Below are positions 54,800 to 64,000 of a stretch of DNA of 64,000 bases, piece by piece. Every line of letters starts with the position of its first letter. The stretch's first letter is position 1. The notes under the pieces are model-generated. The model saw only the letters and a list, made by a program, of their open reading frames with translations, did not search any database and was not told the origin of the DNA. The stretch is from Octopus vulgaris (taxonomy: Eukaryota): assembly GCA_951406725.2 (NCBI GenBank), contig OX597815.1, positions 38,874,001-38,938,000 of the forward strand, given 5' to 3'. Made by a program: the position numbers and the translations under genes.

Positions 54800-55555
54800 A
54801 TTTTTTAAAAAATAGAGCTGTAGAAAGACATTTTAGTTTTTTACCAACAGGGAAAAATGACTCGTTGTTAGCTCGATCAAGAGCGAAAATGAAAAATTCT
54901 TAAAAATGATAAACGCAATTTTCAGGAGTAAAAATGTAAAACGCCAAGATCTTGAAAATAATGGATTGTGGATTAAAGAAAGTAAGAACTATCTGTTTCA
55001 GCAAATATAATTTAAGCAAAGACAATTGCATGATGACAGTTTAGATTTTACTGGTCGTATATCAAGATCTTATTGGTTCGTGAAATGCAAAGCCTATAAA
55101 AATTAAGTGAAAAATGCTCAAAGAATGCCTGATGAATTTGAGATGAAAATGAGTGCTTTTTGTAACTATTTTATATAGTCAAGAAAATAATTTCTGTTTA
55201 AGTTGTCTCAAATATCAACTATGTTAACATTTAATGTTCTAATTAATAGAAGAGCCTGAGATAAAAGGTACTAAAACTATTATATTACGTTAAAGACTAC
55301 TGGACATGAAAAATCCTATTATATAGTGGTATTAGCATGTTGTGTAGATGGAACAAAAATTATCACTTATCACCAATGTTAATTTTTAAGAAAACAATGC
55401 CCAAAGAAAATTTGCGCAGAGATGTCTACGTTCGCATATATGAAAAACAGGTGGATGGATAAATGAAAGCAGAATAGTAGTTTAGTTTGAAAATCTTTGG
55501 TCGAAATGTCCTGTGGGCATTTTAAACTAGCCTTCTCTCCTCGTCTGAGACTGCG
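54800..55555 (+). pseudogene. Decayed pogo/Tigger-family DDE transposase (POGK-like)
   Basis: NRAVERHF, AQRMPDEFE.K, KTTGHEKSYYIVVLACCVDGTK, MLIFKKTMPKE, WMD and LLV* across frameshifts. Confidence 0.82.
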
Positions 55556-55561
55556 CTAGGT

Positions 55562-55750
55562 ATACGCCGAGCAAAATGCCTAACGGCATTTCGTCCGTCT
55601 TTGTGTTCTGAGTTCATACTCCGCTAAGGTCGACTTTGCCTTTCATACTCTCGGGGTCGATAAAGTGAGTACCAGTTGAGCATTGGTGTCGATTTAATCG
55701 ACTTAATCCCACGCCTGAAATTGCTGGCCTCGTATCAACATTTCTAACCA
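55562..55750 (+). mobile_element. SINE family B
   Basis: CTGAGTTCATACTCCGCTAAGGTCGACTTTGCCTTTCATACTCTCGGGGTCGATAAA. Confidence 0.85.
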
Positions 55751-56471
55751 GTATAATTCAGACATGTATGTATTCAGTTGACGAGTACACGACCATTCAC
55801 TTATAAGAATATTGAATTCATTCTTGGACCACTTTTGTTTATTGTAGATTATTTATATTAGTGTATGATTGAACGCCACGCACCCTCTTCCAAGTAAGTT
55901 TTATCTTAATAATTCTGATGCGCAGTCTATTATCTTTTTACTCTTTCGCTTTTCTTTCTTTTTCTCTCTTATTCTTTTACCTTCTCTTCTCCCATTGTTC
56001 TATCCTATTACTCTTTCGTTTTTTCTCTCTTATTCTTCTACCCCCCCTTCGCCTCCTCCTTTTTTCTCACGTATCCTATCTCCAATTTCTTCCTCTCCCC
56101 TTCGCAATTCTCTGTCTGTCACTCTCTCTCCCTCACTCTTCCTCCCTTGGTCACGTGCCTTACGTGACCATAGCCCATATTTCTTCTCCTAACTTGTGTT
56201 TCTTTCTCTCCTTTGGAGCTGGATCAAGGAAGACGTGTTCTTGTCTCTCTCATGTCCAAGCTTGATTTACGCGCTCACCACCACAACCTCGTTTAGGCTG
56301 ACCAACCTTTTCTGTTTGTTTTCACGAACAACTGATGAATGGTCGTTCTATGTGTTGTTTGTCTTGTTTTCCATTTGTGTCTTTCGTTGACCGAAAAAAT
56401 AGTTCATATTCCATGTACTCGTACTTCGTATTTTTTGTTGTACACGTTTCATGACGTCCTGTGCCTACATA

Positions 56472-56517
<46 letters not shown>

Positions 56518-56716
56518 GTCAATCCAAATATGAACAAGCAAGAACAAATGGCAACGCGAGGACGTGGAATAAGTACAGTGTTATTGGATGCTCAGGAAAG
56601 GAAAGAAAAGAAAGAGGAGTTCATGTTTCGAGCGGAGGTCTTCGTCAGAAATATAGAAAAAGGCCAAAGAAGGGAAGACAGAGAAATAAAATCGCCAACG
56701 ATACACATGCGGTCAC

Positions 56717-56762
<46 letters not shown>

Positions 56763-57962
56763 ATTATGTACATATACGTATGTAGATATGCATATATATT
56801 ATTTATATTATATACATACAGACATACACAAATACATACATACATACATACATACATACATACATACATACATACATACATACATACATACATAACATAC
56901 ATACATAAATCTCTTTTGGGAAACTAGACTGTCACATTACATTTTCCTATAATATTCATATGAGACCTCTACCAGATAATGTTTCAAATGGTGTTACCAT
57001 GTTCCTATACAAGTCAACCGGTCATACATTTCAATTCGTGTGTGTGTATGTGTGTATTTGGGGAGAGAAAAACAGATATATATTCATACAATATATCCAT
57101 ATGTACATACACATAAACACATACATACATATGTTCAGAAATACATACACGGAAACGTGTCAGTTTTTATCCACTAAAAAAAAATTTTTCGTATGTGTGT
57201 ATGTTTGTGTACGCGCGCGCACGTGCGTGCGTGTTTACGCATATGAATATACGAGTGGATGTGTGTTTAGGAGATATTAAAAAAATGCTCCATTTTATCT
57301 TTTCTATTGTGAGTTATCTTCCTATATCCTTATTATTCTCGATGAATTATCTAGGTTCCTAGACTATTGTAAATATTCACGATCTACTTTCCTAGATAAA
57401 AGTATTGTAATGTTGCTTGTTATTTTTGTTTCAAATTCTTTGCTAATAGTATTAGGACAGTATTCATTCTCTTTCTCAGTTATTATCGTCAAACTTTAAA
57501 TTTTCTAACCATTGACGTCGACATATTTCAACAATCAAGAAATAGTTTTACCGTCGTATATATAGGTATTCTTTATTACTACGTGTTGTTTCTTCTATCT
57601 ACATGTTCAAGCTTGTTACATTAATTTATTGATGTCGCTTCTATGACAAATTTTAGAGTATCATTTTCTTTGTGCTTGTTTTTTCCGGGGTTGGTTTATT
57701 TTATCATTGTCATGTAGTTTTTTTTTTAATGTTTTCGACATTGTCGTCGTCATCGTCGTCGCCATCATCGTAGTAATTGTTGTTTATTCAAAATCGACCA
57801 AACTTATGATAAAAGATATACACGCTTTTTTATTTTAATCATTATTTTTAGAACCGTCAGCGTGCCAGGCAAAATGCAATGGGTAAGTCGATGTAAGCAC
57901 CCATTGCCCCGAAATTTCTGGCCTTTTTGCCAAAATTTGAAACAAATATTGTTTTTATTAAA

Positions 57963-58395
57963 AAGGTAGCGAGCTGGCAGAAACATTAGCACGCCGGGCG
58001 AAATGCTTAGCAGTATTTCGTCTGCTGTTACGTTCTGAGTTCAAATTCCGCCGAGGTCGACTTTACCTTTCATCCTTTCGGGGTCGGTAAATTAAGTACC
58101 AGTTACGCACTGGGGTCGATGTAATCGACTTAATCCGTTTGTCTGTCCTTGTTTGTCCCCTCTATGTTTAGCCCCTTGTGGGCAATAAATAAATAAGAAT
58201 TGTTATCACGCTGGGCGAAATGCTTAGCGGCATTTCATTGGTATTTGCGTTATGAGTTCAAAGTCCGCCGAGGTCGACTTTGCTTTTTATTTTTTGGGGG
58301 TCGATACAGTAAATACCAGTTGAGCACTGGGGTCGATGTAATCGACTTACCCACTCCCCTGAAATGTCAAGCCTTGTGCCTATAATAGAAAGGAA
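57963..58395 (+). mobile_element. Tandem pair of SINE family B copies (57963-58198 and 58199-58395), plus a partial inverted tail at about 57850-57945
   Basis: GAGTTCAAA..CCGCCGAGGTCGACTTT..GGGGTCG occurs twice. Confidence 0.9.
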
Positions 58396-60199
58396 TATTG
58401 TTTTTTGTTAAAAATACTGTTATACCGGTACTAATTTGTTGCTACTACTATCAGCATTCACGAAATACTTATATGTTTATATGTAAATTTAACTTTCCAG
58501 GCTTAGTTTATCTGAGAGTACAGTTTCCAATGGGTCCTTCTTCTTTTTAAGACAGTAGGTGTAATTTAAGAGAAATTTAGTTTTCTTATTGTTAGCTGGT
58601 CGGACTCAACATAGAAGCTTCTTCTTAGACTAGTTTATGTTTTATCAAGCTGTGTCTTATAGTGTATGATACAGTTTGAAGTGGTGAATTCTTGAAGTAA
58701 ATTCATGGTTCGTCTGCGATATAAAGTTTGATATTTCTATGACCAATATAAGTGTTAGTATCACACACTTTATAACCTTCGCGTATGCGAGTGAATTCAT
58801 ATGTTAGACTAGTTATAGAAATTTTATTCACCTGTTTGAAAATTGTTCATCATAAGGAAATTTGTATACCTACACGATATGTATTTCGCAAATAGTGAAA
58901 GCAGCTGCACACTAAAATAGTATTGCTATAGCAACGTTGTATTAAGATAATAAATGCATTCTTAAGTTTCTGACACAGAAATGCCACAGTTCTGTTTCTG
59001 TTTGTTGGAATTGATGCTACTCGCCTAGAAAATCATTCCGAATTCCAGTGTGAGGAAACTAATTGAAAGAGAATATACTACATGAATCTTGAGATTAGTA
59101 AGTATCCTTCTAATTACATTGCCTTGTGATCTCTACCTTTTTTAGTAGTAACGCTATCATCGGTAAATTGTATGGCCCATTAATAAACGTAATTCATACT
59201 CGTCACAATGTTAACTCATTACTGAAAATTAACAGATTGTTTTCTTCATGATTACAGAATCAGATGTAAGCAATAACGACCGATCGCTCTTCTTTGATGT
59301 ATAGTCTGCAATTATTTTATCATATTATAGTGTCTTGCTCTTAGACAATGTAACAAGACGAATAGGAGACGAAACTAAGTGTATGAGGAGGGATGCAACT
59401 TCTAGTTCATTGGACCAGTGCAGCGTTTTGAAACTTTATAATATCAACATTTCAATGTAATTCTATAATAACATGAATTTTTAATTGCTTTCATTATTTG
59501 TATATTTTCAATTCTTATCATAGTATAAGAAAAAGAGAATAACGACTGAGCAAGCGCTGAATGTAACAGAAAATACCATGGTTTGAGGTCGATTCACAAT
59601 ATGACTGACTAATATGCTGATTTATCATTAATGAAGTTGCTGATGTCAATGTGTCCATAACAGCTTCCTATTTCATTTCCACTGTAATGTCAGCACTCTA
59701 CGTTTTCTATGAATGAAGTTGTTAGTGATAAAACATTAGAAATTTATTGAAACTGTGTGAGTGTGAGTGAGTGTGTGCGTGCGTGCGTGTGTGTGTGTGT
59801 GTGTCCGTGTGTGCGTGTGTATTGTATGTGTACGTGTGTAAAAATCGGTTCCTTAAGGAAAACGAGAACAAAGAAAAGTAAGCGATATCTTTACCAACTG
59901 CACGCAAAATATGAAAAACATTACATATCATAGTTTTAGTTCTCAATCTTCATAAAATTTCAAAATTTATCACAATACGATGGTTTCTACTTGATTGCTT
60001 TCTATAGAATTGTAAGAAGGAAACTATTGTGTGAATTTAAATGAAAACAAATTATTACAGATTGCAGTTAATCCAATTATATTCACAACTGCCGTTATTC
60101 TCACTATTTTACTTCAGAGGATGACTGAATAGAACGTAATTTAAGCGATGCTTTAAGATGTTGCTTGCAATTGTGTCTGCTATTCAAAAAGTGAGGTGA

Positions 60200-61830
60200 A
60201 GGAGTTGGGTTACAGAAGTGGGATAAATGAATTAAGGTAAAAGAAGTGAGATGAGACAGAGGATAAAAGTGAAGTTAGGTAAAGTGAAGTTAGGTAAAAC
60301 AGAATGTAATAGTGAAGTTAAATCGAATAAGATAAAGAAATTTGTAAAATAGACGAGAAGATAAAGTGAAGAAGTTTTCGTTTATCCTTTAGTTAAGAGT
60401 TAAAGTAGGCCTCATAACAACTATTTATTGGGACTAATGAGAGGAAGTGGGTATCTACAAACGGGGGGGGGGGTCGGTCCGAAAACTTGTAATGGCATGG
60501 ACTCCGATGAAGGTCCTTATAAAGTAGGTATTAATGTTAAACTGGACAAAGGATTAGTTAACTAAATGAGGTAAAGGTAACTGGTAAAGGAAACGAGGTA
60601 AGGAAATCGGTGTAAAAGTTCTAAGATAAAGAAAAGTGTAAAAGAAAGGAGAGGGTAAGAAAAAAGTGAGAGGAGCAGATGTAGGGTAAGGAAAGAGTAA
60701 AAGAAGTGAAGTAAAGAGGAAGGCCCACCACAAGATCTGGTCCTTGTTGCGGGGTGGCGGCTTGGGTGCTTCAGTGAGAGCCTATACCAGTGGATCGCAA
60801 GTTCCTGGTAGGGCCGCACACGCTCGACAGGTCCAAGGATAGAGACAGACAAGACTGACATGGAGCGCATCTTCCAAGAGGTAAGAATCGGTTTGCCTAA
60901 GATCAACTTCCATACCTAGAAGATAGTAAAGTTACAGAAGCTTCCATGGCAATTCAAAACCAGCAAGACTCGTGAGAGGAAAGCCTTCCTTCATGGAAAC
61001 ATATGAGGCGAGATACTAAGAAGGAGATGATGAAAGAAGCAGAGATCCAGCTGGAGAGAAGCAGAAAAGACAGCCTAGGATGAAGAACAATGGGAAAATT
61101 TTGTTGATGATAGGCCATCATCTATAAAGAATGGAGGATGTAAGGTCCTATAAAAAATGAAGGATGTAAGTAAATAAGAGCACAAACGTAAAAGAAATCA
61201 TAATAGAACTGAGGTAAAAAGGTGGGTAAGAAATTGTGATGAACGAGAAGGCGAAAGGAATGAATTAACCGTATAGGAGTAAATATGAGGCAAGAAGATA
61301 AAAGAAATGGGGTAAAGAAATTGGATAAAAAATGCGAGAAACAAAAAAGTGGAGTAAATAAGAGCTCAGAAGAAATGAAGTAAATAAACTGGGGTAAAGG
61401 AAATTAGGCAAAATGTTCATGAAAAAATCGGATAAAACGATGGAAAAATAGTGAAGAAAATAAGAGGGCAAAGAAGTGAGGGAAAGGAAGAGTAGAAAAG
61501 GTAAAAGAAACGAACTGGAGAAAAAGTAAATAGGCATATGAAGTAATTCGGTAGGTAAATACTAAAATCAAAGAGACGATAAAGAAGTGAGGAAAATGGG
61601 TTGGAGTAATTATAAGGTAAGAAGAGGGTAAAAATGTGAGGTGAAGGAGAAGAGGGTAATACAACGTGTGTTATATAAGGAGTTAAACAGACGTGAAACA
61701 AAATCAAAGTAGAATTGATGTTAAAGAAAGGATAGAAGTTAGGAAAGTGAGTTAGGATAGTTTTACAGAAGCGACGTAAAGATGACAATAAAAAAGTGAG
61801 ATAAATAAGTTAACACGCCTGAGGTGACGT
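60200..61830. repeat. About 1.6-kb purine-skewed low-complexity tract
   Basis: Plus strand is A/G-rich and C-poor, with recurring AAGTGA(G/A)..TAAA words. Confidence 0.75.
60722..61125 (+). mobile_element. Non-autonomous RTE derivative (5' UTR joined to RTE 3' end)
   Basis: 5' motif GTTCCTGGTAGGGCC shared with 32235; 3' part SWREAEKTA*DEEQWENFVD resembles the RTE C-terminal W....AQDR..W motif. Confidence 0.65.
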
Positions 61831-62204
61831 AATGGAATGGAGAATGACAGGTCTTTTGTTGGATCTCTGGATGGGACAATTCTATGTGTGTCAATCACAA
61901 GGCTATCGTGAATAACTACTAGAATATTTGGAAATGTTATTTATTCTAACTATATAGCAATGATCATAAATTATTTGACTAATGTCATAGAGAGAAGTTT
62001 GCTGCTAGCTTTGTCATCCTAAATTGGCATTATCTTTTGTTAGAATTGTTGTCATGGGCCAAAGAATTAAGGACAAGCTAATGCTGTGCAGAACAAATTG
62101 TAAAACAGAATCAATAAGACCTGGAGTTAAGAAAAAAATCAATAAGACCGACATGTTTGATATAATAGTTTGCAAAATGATAGTTGGCACAGGAATAGTT
62201 ATGT

Positions 62205-62330
62205 GATTAAGGTGTTCTCTGCACAACTACATAGCTTCAGGTTCGACCCCACTGCGTGGCACCTTTGACAAGAATCTTCAATTATATTTTCAAGTTGACC
62301 AATCCATTGCAAATGGAATTATGTTGGGGG
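62205..62330 (+). mobile_element. SINE family A head, decayed
   Basis: AACTACATAGCTTCAGGTTCGACCCCACTGCGTGGCACCTTTGACAAG. Confidence 0.7.
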
Positions 62331-62358
62331 ACATTGTGTATGTATGTATGTATGTATG

Positions 62359-62392
<34 letters not shown>

Positions 62393-62456
62393 TGTATGTA
62401 TGTATGTATGTATGTATGTATGTATGTATGTATGTATGCATGCATGTATGTATGTA

Positions 62457-62565
62457 AGTTATTCAGTTCTATTTCAAGATTTCTTGCCAATAAAAAAAGA
62501 GTCGGTTTCTAACCTAGATTCAAGGCTCCTTCATTAGAATTTCAACATTATCAGGATATTTTTGT
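62457..62565 (-). mobile_element. 3'-UTR-only copy of the (TATG)n-associated RLE family
   Basis: Aligns to 49636-49735 (TTCAG..ATTTCA.GATTTC.TGCCAATA..GA..CGGTTTCTAACCTAGAT.CAAGG.TCCTTCATT); (TATG)n on both sides. Confidence 0.8.
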
Positions 62566-63016
62566 ATTATGTATGTATGTATTGTTACGACCTGGTGACC
62601 ATAACCCGAATTCACACAACCAACGAGGATAGGGTGAACCCAAAACAACACACCATGAAGTTTTTTGTAAAATATTATTAACAATTTTCAGCGAAAAAAA
62701 AACAGCCTACATACAAAACAATTATATACACGAACAACAATAAATTAATGCTACACTAGACGTGCAGTCAAAATATTTATAAAGGTAATATATATATAAG
62801 GGAGTATAACTCCAAACTTACAGGGGAAAATTCAATTTAGTATTAAATCAAATTTCACAATATAAATATATATTTATGAATTAGAGAAAAATCACTATTA
62901 TGTAATTCAAACAATGATAGACATAAACCAAATCCTAAAGAAAAAATAAAATATAATATAAAACATATAACTAGATCACAAAAAGTACAAAAAAATAAAC
63001 AATATATAAGTAAAAA

Positions 63017-63118
63017 GACTACGTACGTTTCATGGCTATAACTTCAATTTGAATTACAATTAAATTTAAATTTAATCGAAAAACAATTTAATTTAAAAAC
63101 ATAGTTACTCCTCAGGTC
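63017..63118 (-). ncRNA. Type I hammerhead ribozyme-like motif with a long stem II loop
   Basis: GAC-CTGAGGA-GTAACTATG..(about 64 nt)..TATAGCCAT-GAAA-CGTACG-TA-GTC; stem I GAC/GTC, palindromic ACGTACGT, GUA cleavage triplet. Confidence 0.72.
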
Positions 63119-63521
63119 AACAATAATAACAATAATAGCTAAATAAATAATCATATAGCGTTAAACAATATTTCTCAAAGAAATAAAATCATGATTGTTC
63201 TTATACAAGAAACTCCATTAACTAAATTTGAAACTTAAAAAGTAGGACCAGGTGTCTATGATACATTTATCGTGTTAAAAAGATCCAATTGAACCTTGTC
63301 TCAAAAAACAACTGTCACAAAAAACTGGGCTACAGTTATCTCTGCTTATTAAGGTTTGCTATGGTCTAGCCAATTTGGTAGAGCTTCTCAGTCTGGCTAT
63401 TAACACCTAGCTTAACATTAACTTAACATTATCCGATAAAAAGTTTTTATCGTTTTTAAGTTCCTAACAGCATGTATGTATGTATGTATGTATGTATGTA
63501 TGTATGTATGTATTATGTATG

Positions 63522-64000
63522 TCTCTTCTATTTTTTAATTATTATAAATCTTCCACTGAGGAGGGAGCCGGTTTCCAACAAAGATACAAGGTTCCATCTT
63601 TGGAATGTAGTTAACACAGACAAATTCACATTTGGAACTTGAGAAAAGTCTTGCATATTTTTACTGTTCCACTCACCGATTGAAATTGTAATGTACGAAT
63701 CGGCCGGTCAGTTTCTCTTTCTGAAAATCCCAGTTTATCCAGATTCTCCTTTAAACATTTACTAACAAAACCTAGTGCTCCAATTATTATTGGTATGAAT
63801 ATGAATTCGTAGTCTGGATATAGAAAGGTGGAGGTTTCGAAGCAGTTGTCCTCTTTTTCTTTGATTTTCAAAGAGATATTATATCTGCAGGGCAGCTAAC
63901 CTCTATGATGGTACATACGTTTTTCCCCCGACCCAAACAACAATATCTGGTTTGTTATGCTTACATTTGACAAAAGTATTGATGGGAATATTCAACTTGA
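63522..64000 (-). mobile_element. RLE retrotransposon 3' end of the (TATG)n-associated family (runs off the window)
   Basis: KCKHNKPDIVVW...KIKEKEDN..LYPDYEFIFIPIIIGALG..LDKLGFS..LQFQSVSGTVKICKTFLKF; the 3' end abuts (TATG)n at 63472-63521. Confidence 0.88.

Noticed and set aside
62583-62756. TGTTACG...AATAAA...CTACA solo-LTR-like segment
   Set aside because: No TSD, PBS or second copy in the window; could be chance.

Overview
AT-rich, microsatellite-dense eukaryotic DNA in which I found no host gene. The repeat families resemble, from memory and not from a database search, those of an octopod cephalopod, so this is probably intergenic or intronic sequence. The window is a mosaic of mobile elements. 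It holds many R4/Dong-type restriction-like-endonuclease (RLE) retrotransposons sitting in (AAT)n arrays, one with a 666-aa near-intact RT-CCHC-RLE ORF, and a second RLE family found only in (TATG)n arrays. It also has a young CR1 3' end nested in frame in a Dong copy, decayed RTE LINEs, a Penelope GIY-YIG fragment, a pogo transposase remnant, non-autonomous Helitrons, an LTR+PBS-like insert and several tRNA-derived SINE families. Most ORF-track entries are microsatellite translations. The most notable hidden layer is RNA structure: at least seven hammerhead-ribozyme-like motifs from about five unrelated non-coding families, often in inverted-repeat arrangements next to (TA)n; HDV-like ribozyme folds at RTE 5' ends; and a shared bulged 3'-UTR stem-loop in the RLE families. 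Boundaries of decayed elements are approximate and all folds were paired by eye.
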